38,606 nt of DNA from Bacteroidota bacterium (GTDB taxonomy: Bacteria; Bacteroidota; Ignavibacteria; UBA10030; UBA8401): the NCBI GenBank assembly GCA_023229405.1, contig JALNZH010000002.1, positions 1-38,606 on the forward strand, read 5' to 3'. How positions within the stretch are numbered: the stretch's first letter is position 1; each line of letters opens with the position of its first letter. Below the pieces are notes generated by a model. The model was not told the origin of the DNA and ran no database searches. It saw only the letters and a program-made list of their open reading frames with translations. Shown here piece by piece: positions 9,178-16,877 of the stretch. The translations under genes were made by a program, and so were the position numbers.

Positions 9178-9981
9178 ATGAAAAAGAAAAATAGTATTGC
9201 GTCTTGCATCTTCATCGGTCTTTTAATTTTAGCAGTTGGATGCAAAAATTCAGATGATCCAGTAACTTCCAATTCGAAAGCTTCAGCAGTCAATCTTTCA
9301 GTTGGGTTCTCAAAAGTAGGTTCAAGCAATTCACTTTTAAAAACAACTTCTGCTGATTCATTGCGCATAGACAGTGTTGTGGCTGTATTCCAAAGAATAA
9401 AATTTGAAGCACACATAGAAACTGCAACCATCGATTCCATGGGACATGATACAATGGAAACAGAGAGTGAATCAAACTATACATTTAAAGGACCGTTTAT
9501 TGTTCATATTCGAGATTCAAGTGCCATAAATTTTGCAAACCAATTGCTTCCTACCGGTGTATATACCGGGATTAAATTCAAAATTCACGCTATGCAGAAC
9601 GGTGAAAGATACGAAGACAGCGACGATTACAATCACCGAAAAGTTGCTGCAAATAATGATTCAATGATGGGTTATAGTATCGCTGTATGGGGCGCAATAC
9701 AAAAAGATGGAGTATGGGTACCGTTTGCTTTCAAATCAAACATTGAAGTTGAATATAAACTGAAAGGCAATTTTACAATTGCGGTCTCAACAACATCTAT
9801 CAATATGGCCCTTCGTTTTAATACGGCGGATTGGTTTAAAGACATTCAAACGGGTTTATTGTTGGATCCGACCATCTCCACATCAGAAAACAGAGCTACT
9901 ATCAACAACTCGATTAAAAAATCTTTTGAAAAAGGTTATGGCGGCAGAGATTTCAATGACGATGGACATCCGGATGATTAA
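9178..9981 (+). CDS. Lipoprotein of unknown function (possibly DUF4382-like beta-sandwich)
   Basis: Lipobox MKKKNSIASCIFIGLLILAVGCKN. Segment FKGPFIVHIRDSSAINFANQLLPTGVYTGIKFKIH resembles DUF4382-type lipoproteins; the family call is tentative. Confidence 0.6.
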   Translation: MKKKNSIASCIFIGLLILAVGCKNSDDPVTSNSKASAVNLSVGFSKVGSSNSLLKTTSADSLRIDSVVAVFQRIKFEAHIETATIDSMGHDTMETESESNYTFKGPFIVHIRDSSAINFANQLLPTGVYTGIKFKIHAMQNGERYEDSDDYNHRKVAANNDSMMGYSIAVWGAIQKDGVWVPFAFKSNIEVEYKLKGNFTIAVSTTSINMALRFNTADWFKDIQTGLLLDPTISTSENRATINNSIKKSFEKGYGGRDFNDDGHPDD

Positions 9982-10010
9982 CTCACGTTACGAAAAGAAT
10001 TAAAATCAAT

Positions 10011-10079
10011 CGTCATTCCCGCACGTTCTTAGCGGGAATCTATATAATGGATGCCCGACTAAAGCATTCGGGCATGACG
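10011..10079. repeat. REP-like nested palindromes
   Basis: attcccgc/gcgggaat (10015-22/10032-39) and atgcccga/tcgggcat (10051-58/10068-75), enclosed by cgtcat..atgacg. Confidence 0.8.
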
Positions 10080-10154
10080 ACTTTACTTTATTAGGCGGTT
10101 ATTTTCTCTGCATAACATTAGTGATTAAGATAAAATAGAACCACAATGCGGCAA

Positions 10155-10189
10155 AAATCCTACAAACATACGTTGTAGGATTTTTTTTT
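10155..10189 (+). terminator. Rho-independent terminator (A-run upstream, so possibly bidirectional)
   Basis: 11-bp stem aaatcctacaa/ttgtaggattt, 7-nt loop, then a T9 run. Confidence 0.7.
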
Positions 10190-10230
10190 GACTTCGAGAT
10201 ATGATGCAATTGAGATATTCCAATAAATCA

Positions 10231-10339
10231 CTCACGTTACGCAAAACAAGAAAAACGGTCATGGTGAGCAAGGCGCAGGTTAAGATAGTTACGTCATTCT
10301 TCTGCCGAAGGCATCCCTATCGGGAGACGCATCCTTTCC
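10231..10339. repeat. Right arm of the 109-nt inverted repeat
   Basis: Reverse complement of 1..109 (105/109). Its first ~20 nt (ctcacgttacg.aaaa) also recur at 9982..10000. Confidence 0.85.
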
Positions 10340-10623
10340 CGCAGGGATTCCTTCGGAACAAACAGCAAAGGATTTGCTCAGGATGACCGCTGTTTCTGTG
10401 CCGTGTCGAACCATTTTTCCTTTTTGCGTAACATCAGTAAATCATCCCTTTGGACTATTGTTTTACCGATGTATCTATTACTTATTAGTGTATTATAGAT
10501 AAGCACCACACATTCTTCTGAAAAGCTGCAACTTGCTATAAATAGATGGACATCTGGTGCATGCAATTTTTACCAATAGAATTTGTTATTCATTCAAAAA
10601 AACAAATCCGGAGATAAAAGATC

Positions 10624-12372
10624 ATGAAGAAAAAAGAGGCACCATCTCATCGTAATGTCCTTCCAAAATCTCCTACCAGTATTCAGGGATTGGATGAAAT
10701 TACGGGCGGAGGATTACCAAAAGGGAGACCGACGCTTATTTGTGGCGGCGCGGGTTGTGGAAAGACTCTTTTTGCTATGGAGTTTCTTGTGCGTGGAGCA
10801 ACGCTGTACAATGAGCCGGGTGTCTTTATATCGTTCGAGGAAACAGAGAAAGAACTTACGGCAAATGTTGCTTCGTTAGGATTCGATTTAGACAAACTTG
10901 TAAAGCGGAAAAAAATTTGGTTGGAGCACATTCATATTGAACGAAATGAACTCGAACAAAGCGGTGAATACGATCTGGAGGGATTGTTTATTAGGATACA
11001 TTCTGCAATTGAAAAAATTGATGCAAAACGTGTTGTTCTTGATACGATGGAAATACTTTTTTCAGAATTGCCAAATCCACAGATACTGCGCAAAGAGCTA
11101 CATCGGTTGTTCCAATGGCTGAAAAAAAGAGGAGTAACAACAATTGTTACTGCAGAGCGAGGCGAAGGTGCCTTAACTCGTGAAGGATTGGAAGAGTATG
11201 TTTCTGATTGCGTCATCCTGCTTGATCATCGCGTGATCGATCAATCATCTATTCGTCGACTGCGGATTGTAAAATATCGCGGTTCATCGCATGGTACAAA
11301 CGAGTATCCTTTCCTTATTGATGAAGATGGTTTTTCTGTTCTTCCTGTCACTTCTCTGGGACTGAATCACATCTCATCCCCAGAGAGAATTTCTACCGGT
11401 CTTCCGCGTCTCGACACCATGCTCTCCGGTAAAGGATATTTCCGAGGCAGTACGGTGCTTGTTTCGGGCACTGCCGGTACTGGCAAGACGAGCATTGCCG
11501 CACAATTTGTTGAAGCGGCATGCAAGCGAGGAGAACGCGTTCTCTTTTTCACATTCGAAGAGTCTTCAAATCAGATTGTTCGCAATATGCGCTCCATTGG
11601 AATAGATTTAGAACCATGGGTAAACAAAGGATTGCTTCAGTTTCATGCAACACGCCCCACACTCTATGGTTTAGAAACTCATCTGTCAACGAGCATCAAA
11701 TTGGTTAATAAATTTAGACCAAGCATCGTGATACTCGATCCTATTAATGCATTCGTGCTGGGAGAAAACCAAACGGAAGTCAATATCATGTTGGTGCGCC
11801 TTGTAGATTTTTTAAAGATGAGACGGGTCACTGCGTTTTTCACAAGTCTGACATCCGGCAACGATACTATGGAATCGACCGACGTGTACATCTCATCCTT
11901 GATTGATACATGGCTGCTTGTTCGTGATTTAGAAATTGGTGGCGAACGGAACAGAGGTTTGTATGTGCTTAAATCGCGCGGCATGGCGCACTCCAATCAG
12001 ATCCGCGAGTTTAGACTGACAAATAACGGAATTGAGCTGCTTGACGTGTACGTTGGCTCAGAAGGTGTTTTGACCGGTTCGGCGCGATTATCACAAGAAA
12101 CAAAAGATGAGGCTGAACAATTATTGCGTCAGCAGGAGATCGGATCAAAACAATTTAAATTGGAACGTAAACGCGATGCATTAGCAGCTCAGATTGTTGT
12201 ATTGCGATCTGAATTTGAGGCTGAAGCATCAGATGCACTTAAAGTGATCGGGATTGAAAAAGCAATAAATGAACGCTTCACGCTGGACAAGATAAAAATG
12301 AGTAAGAGCCGAAGAGGTGATGCATCGACAAAAATATCGTACGCTTCAAACGGAAACGGAAGAAAAAAATAA
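10624..12372 (+). CDS. kaiC: KaiC-family double-domain autokinase/ATPase with an extended C-terminal tail
   Basis: Two RecA-like halves with Walker A motifs (CGGAGCGKT; GTAGTGKTS). GLDEITGGGLPKGRPTLI and ..TDVYISSLIDTWLLVRDLEIGGERNRGLYVLKSRGMAHSNQIREF are collinear with cyanobacterial KaiC. 582 aa. Confidence 0.9.
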   Translation: MKKKEAPSHRNVLPKSPTSIQGLDEITGGGLPKGRPTLICGGAGCGKTLFAMEFLVRGATLYNEPGVFISFEETEKELTANVASLGFDLDKLVKRKKIWLEHIHIERNELEQSGEYDLEGLFIRIHSAIEKIDAKRVVLDTMEILFSELPNPQILRKELHRLFQWLKKRGVTTIVTAERGEGALTREGLEEYVSDCVILLDHRVIDQSSIRRLRIVKYRGSSHGTNEYPFLIDEDGFSVLPVTSLGLNHISSPERISTGLPRLDTMLSGKGYFRGSTVLVSGTAGTGKTSIAAQFVEAACKRGERVLFFTFEESSNQIVRNMRSIGIDLEPWVNKGLLQFHATRPTLYGLETHLSTSIKLVNKFRPSIVILDPINAFVLGENQTEVNIMLVRLVDFLKMRRVTAFFTSLTSGNDTMESTDVYISSLIDTWLLVRDLEIGGERNRGLYVLKSRGMAHSNQIREFRLTNNGIELLDVYVGSEGVLTGSARLSQETKDEAEQLLRQQEIGSKQFKLERKRDALAAQIVVLRSEFEAEASDALKVIGIEKAINERFTLDKIKMSKSRRGDASTKISYASNGNGRKK

Positions 12373-12387
12373 TTAAAGGAATGTAGT

Positions 12388-12765
12388 GTGAATATTGAAC
12401 ATGAAAAATTGAAAACGCGCCGCTCTAAGGCTCTACTTGTTAAGGAAAATGAGCCATCTGTCAAAGCGGGAGATTCCAGATGGGATTTGAATCTGTATGT
12501 TGTAGGCGAGAGTCCGAAAGCCGTCACTGCATTTAACAATCTTAAAATAATTTGTGAGGAACAATTAAAAGACAAGTATCAAATAAACGTGATCGATCTT
12601 TTAAAGAATCCACAGAGTGCGCACGATAACCAAATTGTTGCTGTTCCGACATTGGTGCGTAAACTACCGTTGCCGGAGAGGAACATTATTGGAGATCTTT
12701 CAAATAGAGAGCGCGTATTGGTTGGATTAGGTCTTAAAGAACTTGGTGAACTTACGGTTGCGTGA
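12388..12765 (+). CDS. kaiB: KaiB (thioredoxin-like fold) with an N-terminal extension
   Basis: [65 protein letters not shown] is collinear with KaiB. GTG start lies 15 nt after the kaiC stop and follows aaagga. Confidence 0.88.
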   Translation: MNIEHEKLKTRRSKALLVKENEPSVKAGDSRWDLNLYVVGESPKAVTAFNNLKIICEEQLKDKYQINVIDLLKNPQSAHDNQIVAVPTLVRKLPLPERNIIGDLSNRERVLVGLGLKELGELTVA

Positions 12766-12793
12766 AAATCTGCGACAGTGGATGAAAAGTAAA

Positions 12794-12826
12794 TTCTGAT
12801 AATATTCAATAGGAATATTATCAGAA
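12794..12826 (+). terminator. Perfect 14-bp hairpin after kaiB; possible terminator without a U-tract
   Basis: ttctgataatattc-aatag-gaatattatcagaa. Not followed by a T-run, so the function is uncertain. Confidence 0.3.
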
Positions 12827-13024
12827 GGAGTCTCAAAAATGAATTGTATTGTTATTCTCTACGAGTCGTAGACCGAACAAAGTCCCAAAGGGACAAGTGA
12901 GGAATCTCGTTTGAATAATTAAAGACAAAACCGAGATTTCTCTCTTGCTAAAGCGGGATCGAAATGATAGTGACGAGGTATTTTTAAGACGGCTTTTAGT
13001 AGCACCTTATAGCGTTTTGCACAC

Positions 13025-13750
13025 ATGTTCCAAAGGAAAGCAATCGGTATTAACTTCATTCCGTATGCTACCACGAAACAAATTGGACAAAAAATAGTGT
13101 CTATGCCTAAAATTCGAATACTCCTTGTAGAAGATAACCGCATTTTGCGTGATGGCATTACTGCGATGATCAACGGTCAGAAAGATGTCATGGTTGCGGC
13201 TGTTTGCGACGGCAGGGATGACACCATATCGAAAGCACGCACATCGAAACCGCAAGTGGTGTTGATTGATCTCGGTTTGGAGAGTCAGAACAGTTTGGAC
13301 GTAGTGCAGTTGTTGAAGAAGGAGTTTCCGGATATCAAAATTATTGGGATGGGTCTTAATCCATCACAATCGGATATTATGGAATTCGTGCAAGCAGGGG
13401 CGGAGGGTTTTATACTTAAAAACGCAACGCTTGAAGAGGTGATCAATACAATTCGAGCAGTAGCCTGCGGAGAAAAAATACTCCCTTCCTTAATGACCGG
13501 ATCACTCTTTTTTCAAGTGGCAGAACATGCACTCCTGAAAGGAAAAAGAAACCTTAATAGCGCCGTCCGTATGACAGAGCGTGAAAAAGAAGTGATTGCA
13601 TTGATTGTTGAGGGAATGAGTAACAAGCAAATTGGTGACAATCTCAGTATCGCAACGTTCACCGTTAAAAGTCATGTACATAATATTCTGGAAAAGTTAG
13701 CTTTACAAAGCCGTCTTCAAATTGCAATGCACGTCAGTAATGGAAAATAA
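13025..13750 (+). CDS. NarL/FixJ (LuxR-HTH) family response regulator, orphan, paralogue 2
   Basis: ATG 13025; alternative starts GTG 13094 and ATG 13103 (MPKIRILLVEDN). Residues KIVSMPKIR align with KITVPKIR of paralogue 1, favouring an upstream start. Same receiver and HTH motifs as 8129..8815. Confidence 0.85.
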   Translation: MFQRKAIGINFIPYATTKQIGQKIVSMPKIRILLVEDNRILRDGITAMINGQKDVMVAAVCDGRDDTISKARTSKPQVVLIDLGLESQNSLDVVQLLKKEFPDIKIIGMGLNPSQSDIMEFVQAGAEGFILKNATLEEVINTIRAVACGEKILPSLMTGSLFFQVAEHALLKGKRNLNSAVRMTEREKEVIALIVEGMSNKQIGDNLSIATFTVKSHVHNILEKLALQSRLQIAMHVSNGK

Positions 13751-13808
13751 TTTTAGTTCCAATCTCACCAATCCACTCAGAAGTAGTACATCATATTCCT
13801 GAAAAGAG

Positions 13809-13847
13809 AAACACAATCGAGAAGTTTATAGCCTCATTGTGTTTTTT
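13809..13847 (+). terminator. Probable rho-independent terminator of the regulator gene
   Basis: 9-bp stem aaacacaat/attgtgttt with an 18-nt loop, followed by a T-run. Confidence 0.5.
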
Positions 13848-13981
13848 CTGTTGTATACTGGGAATTCCGTCGAACTTCGATCACTCACTCTCTGGCTATC
13901 AAAGCAGCAATCGCCGTCAACCCGATGGATGGCATAGAGTAACTCTCAACTACACCATTACTTGGTATTATTTACAACACT

Positions 13982-14063
13982 TAAGAGTTAGCTCTTTTAT
14001 TGTCCTTTTGGGCGATTACTTCTGGAGGCAGTCATGAGTATACTCATTCACGATTCAGGAGAG
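13982..14063 (+). promoter_or_regulatory. Conserved bipartite upstream element, copy 2 (box1 14003-14019, N12, box2 14032-14050)
   Basis: taagagttagctcttttattgTCCTTTTGGGCGATTAC-ttctggaggcag-TCATGAGTATACTCATTCAcgattcaggagagg. Lies between terminator 13809 and ATG 14169. Confidence 0.7.
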
Positions 14064-14168
14064 GATTTCATTTCTTCATTGATCAAAGAGAACTTCTGCT
14101 GATTCTGCAACGTACGCCTTATTAAAGGGATTACATTTTTAAGTGTTATGATTCATTTAAGGAGATTT

Positions 14169-15026
14169 ATGAAAAACGCAAATATTCAAATCCACACACA
14201 ATCAGCGATACGACCGGCTATCATTATGTCTATTTCGCTTGCAATGTTTCTTTTCGCAGCGTGCGAATCGAATTCACCATCCACCCAACAAGACATCAGT
14301 GGTCCGTCTTCAACAGCAACAACAATTAACAAAAAAGTTGCTTCTTTTGACGCTGTATCGAACCTTGCTGTTCTAGCGCCGGTAAATCTTGGTTTAGCCG
14401 ACGGATTTGCAATTCTGTCGTACGCTGGAATCACCAATACCGGTATCACAAGTATTACTGGAAATCTTGGAGCGAGTCCTATAACCGGTGCTTCACTGAC
14501 TGGATTTGAGACAGTAGCTTTAGTTGGAACAACGTATACCGTTGATGCTAGCGGTCCTGTAGGTTACGTAACAGATGCTACGATGTTAACTCAGGCAATG
14601 CTTGATGTAACAGTTGCATATAATGATGCCGCAGGACGAACGGAAAATCCAATTGGTATAGAAGGAAATCTTGGCGGACAGACACTTCTTCCGGGACTTT
14701 ATAAATCTACCGGTGCGCTTGAAATCTCATCCGGCGATCTTACGCTCGATGCTCAAGGTGATGTGAATGCTGTTTGGATTTTTCAAGTAGCGTCCAGTTT
14801 CAATATGACATCAGGTCGCCAAGTGTTCTTAACCGGCGGTGCGAAAGCTTCCAACATTTTTTGGCAGGTCGGTAGTTCTGCAACATTTGGAACAACTGCA
14901 GTAATGAAGGGAACCATTTTGGCGTATGCAACAGTAACACTTGCTACAGGTGCATCATTGGAAGGCAGAGCATTAGCTCGAACCGCCAATGTTACATTAG
15001 ATGCTAATACCATTGTGAAGCCGTAA
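14169..15026 (+). CDS. Lipoprotein with a DUF3494 / type-1 ice-binding-protein-like beta-helix domain (subtype A)
   Basis: ORF 14148..15026; ATG 14169 follows aaggag. Lipobox LFAAC. Family motifs [88 protein letters not shown]. Confidence 0.85.
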   Translation: MKNANIQIHTQSAIRPAIIMSISLAMFLFAACESNSPSTQQDISGPSSTATTINKKVASFDAVSNLAVLAPVNLGLADGFAILSYAGITNTGITSITGNLGASPITGASLTGFETVALVGTTYTVDASGPVGYVTDATMLTQAMLDVTVAYNDAAGRTENPIGIEGNLGGQTLLPGLYKSTGALEISSGDLTLDAQGDVNAVWIFQVASSFNMTSGRQVFLTGGAKASNIFWQVGSSATFGTTAVMKGTILAYATVTLATGASLEGRALARTANVTLDANTIVKP

Positions 15027-15066
15027 ACTAATTGGATTGATTTCTCAATTATTGGCTGAACATCGG

Positions 15067-15097
15067 AACCCCGCTCTCACAAGGGCGGGGTTTTTTA
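15067..15097 (+). terminator. Rho-independent terminator
   Basis: GC-rich stem ccccgc(t)c/gggcgggg followed by T6. Confidence 0.75.
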
Positions 15098-15113
15098 TTG
15101 ATCGCTAACTACA

Positions 15114-15190
15114 AAGGATTAACTCTTTTTCCATCCCTTCGGGCGATTACACTCGAACACATTCATCTGTATACTCATTCACAGTGTAAT
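15114..15190 (+). promoter_or_regulatory. Conserved bipartite upstream element, copy 3 (box1 15134-15150, N12, box2 15163-15181)
   Basis: aaggattaactctttttccaTCCCTTCGGGCGATTAC-actcgaacacat-TCATCTGTATACTCATTCAcag. Ends about 50 nt before sORF ATG 15239. Confidence 0.7.
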
Positions 15191-15238
15191 TGAATTTATA
15201 TAATAAAAACGATACACAAAAATTAAAAGGAGCGAATC

Positions 15239-15394
15239 ATGGAAATTATTATTGGTCTTATCGCTTATGCCGTAGTTTTATATTTCCTTGTATCCTTTGG
15301 ACGATTTTCCAAAGAATGTGATAATTCTATGGGGGAATACTTTGGTAAACGGAATGTAAGGAAAAGTAAGAAAGCAATCGCACAACTTTCATAG
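15239..15394 (+). CDS. Small membrane protein, 51 aa (below the ORF-track cutoff)
   Basis: Strong RBS aaggag 6 nt before the ATG. MEIIIGLIAYAVVLYFLVSFGRFSKECDNSMGEYFGKRNVRKSKKAIAQLS has one TM helix and a basic tail. Sits directly behind element copy 3. Confidence 0.5.
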   Translation: MEIIIGLIAYAVVLYFLVSFGRFSKECDNSMGEYFGKRNVRKSKKAIAQLS

Positions 15395-15462
15395 AGATGT
15401 ACTAGAATTGATTGTTTGGTTGTTTCGATTTTCTGTTCCAGTGAGCGCTACAAATCATACTA

Positions 15463-15544
15463 AAGGATTAACTCTTTTTCCGTCCTTTTGGGCGATTACT
15501 TTTCAACATAGTCATCGGTATACTCTTCCACAATTCAGGGGAGA
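15463..15544 (+). promoter_or_regulatory. Conserved bipartite upstream element, copy 4 (box1 15483-15499, N12, box2 15512-15530)
   Basis: aaggattaactctttttccgTCCTTTTGGGCGATTAC-ttttcaacatag-TCATCGGTATACTCTTCCAcaattcaggggagatg. About 190 nt before ATG 15735. Confidence 0.7.
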
Positions 15545-15734
15545 TGTACTCTCTTAGTACACCGACGGATATTTTCACTGAAAAGAAGCCAAATGACAAA
15601 TTCAAATAATGAATACGAACAACGAGAACTTGACATCAAGGAAGAGTTTCGAAAAAGAATCAACTAAAAAAGTAAGTATGAAATCGTCTTCGTGACACAA
15701 CCCGTAATTAATTAATAAATACAGAAAGAATGTT

Positions 15735-16574
15735 ATGAAAAACCTATCCACAAATTCAACACCTATCGTAGTAAGCCGATGGATGCAATTCGTCGGTATC
15801 TCACGAACAGTGGGATTAACAGTAATATTACCGGCATTTCTTTTTATTGCTGGCTGCAAAAAAGATGATGCAATTGCTTCACCTCCATCCTCAATAACCA
15901 TTCCACTTCAAACTACCGTACAGGCGGTAGTTAATCTTCGTTCCGATGCAGGTTTTGCAATTCTTGGAGGCTCATTGGTTTCCAATGTTCCAACATCCGC
16001 CATTACAGGGGATATTGGATTGAGTCCGGCAGCACGCTCATTCATCACCGGTTTTGGTTTAACAGAGGTAACGGGGACAATTTATGCCGCCGACGATATT
16101 TCTCCTGCAGGTGTGTCTGCGATGTTAACAGCGGCAAAGGGCGATTTAACCACAGCATATAATGATGCTGCAGGACGTACATCAACAGATATAGTGCTCC
16201 TTGCCGGAAATCTTGGCGGACTGACACTGACGCCAGGTCTCTATAAGTCGAGCGGTTCGCTTGAAATTTCATCAGGCGATCTTACGTTCGATGCCAAAGG
16301 AAATGCACATGCTGTTTTTATCATTCAGATTGCATCCACACTAAACACAACATCGGGTCGAAAGATTATTTTAAGCGGCGGTGCAAAAGCATCGAACATT
16401 TTTTGGCAGGTTGGTACTTCAGCAACTCTTGGAACAACCTCTGTATTCAAGGGAACCATCATGGCTGATCAATCGATCTCGCTGAATACCGGTGCAATAG
16501 TTGAAGGAAGATTGTTAGCGCGCATTGCTGCAGTAACGTTAGCCGGCAATACTGTTGTAAAACCGACACCATAA
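15735..16574 (+). CDS. Lipoprotein with a DUF3494 / ice-binding-like domain (chimeric subtype B-A-B)
   Basis: Lipobox FLFIAGC. Motifs [110 protein letters not shown]. Confidence 0.85.
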   Translation: MKNLSTNSTPIVVSRWMQFVGISRTVGLTVILPAFLFIAGCKKDDAIASPPSSITIPLQTTVQAVVNLRSDAGFAILGGSLVSNVPTSAITGDIGLSPAARSFITGFGLTEVTGTIYAADDISPAGVSAMLTAAKGDLTTAYNDAAGRTSTDIVLLAGNLGGLTLTPGLYKSSGSLEISSGDLTFDAKGNAHAVFIIQIASTLNTTSGRKIILSGGAKASNIFWQVGTSATLGTTSVFKGTIMADQSISLNTGAIVEGRLLARIAAVTLAGNTVVKPTP

Positions 16575-16611
16575 AATAGCTGAACAAAGCGATAATTTAA
16601 TCACTGAACAT

Positions 16612-16643
16612 TGAAATCCCGCTTTCCGGAGCGGGAGATTTCA
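16612..16643. repeat. REP-like hairpin of the aatcccgc family
   Basis: tgaaatcccgc/gcggg(ag)atttca. An A-run rather than a T-run follows. Confidence 0.6.
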
Positions 16644-16716
16644 AAAAATAAATTTCGCTCAGTTTTACTAACCATCTGTCTGAAGTTAGTGGTTACATCA
16701 AAAGAAAGAAAAGATC

Positions 16717-16845
16717 ATGAGAACACTCGACGTTATCGCTCTGGTCCTGTTCGTCATGTGGATGTTAGGTGTCATTCACATTCTTTTAGGAATTGCAATT
16801 GTAGCATTCTTCTTCAGTGTAACTCGCAGACGAAAGGCTTTTTAA
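16717..16845 (+). CDS. Small hydrophobic membrane protein, 42 aa (possibly lmo0937/DUF5670-like)
   Basis: MRTLDVIALVLFVMWMLGVIHILLGIAIVAFFFSVTRRRKAF has two hydrophobic stretches and an RRRK tail. Only a purine-rich weak RBS. The overlapping 86-aa track ORF (16611..16871) runs through a REP hairpin. Confidence 0.4.
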   Translation: MRTLDVIALVLFVMWMLGVIHILLGIAIVAFFFSVTRRRKAF

Positions 16846-16877
16846 CCAAAGGAACGGAGCCTAAGACGTAATCTTTT

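Noticed and set aside
1-10339. Composite transposon bounded by the 109-nt inverted repeats
   Set aside because: There is no transposase, integrase or recombinase gene between or next to the repeats, and no target-site duplication is visible. The repeats look like REP-type modules.
13837-14037. 66-aa ORF overlapping element copy 2
   Set aside because: Its 3' end is simply box1 read in one frame (..GDYFWRQS*). The equivalent frames in the other three copies are interrupted or lack starts.
8979-15544. CRISPR-like reading of conserved blocks separated by a variable 12-mer
   Set aside because: The copies are not tandem and are separated by whole genes. The variable part is only 12 nt and sits inside, not between, the repeats. 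No cas genes are present.
15441-15565. Idea that the conserved element encodes a small peptide (frame giving SFWAIT...H.YTHS in all four copies)
   Set aside because: There is no conserved start codon, and copy 2 has a stop a few codons upstream. The 12-nt spacer is completely unconserved at the amino-acid level, and the ends differ. The conservation pattern fits DNA or RNA, not protein.
16612-16650. Hairpin after the second DUF3494 gene as an intrinsic terminator
   Set aside because: An A-run, not a U-tract, follows on the plus strand, and the stem has a 2-nt bulge. It belongs to the aatcccgc REP-like family.
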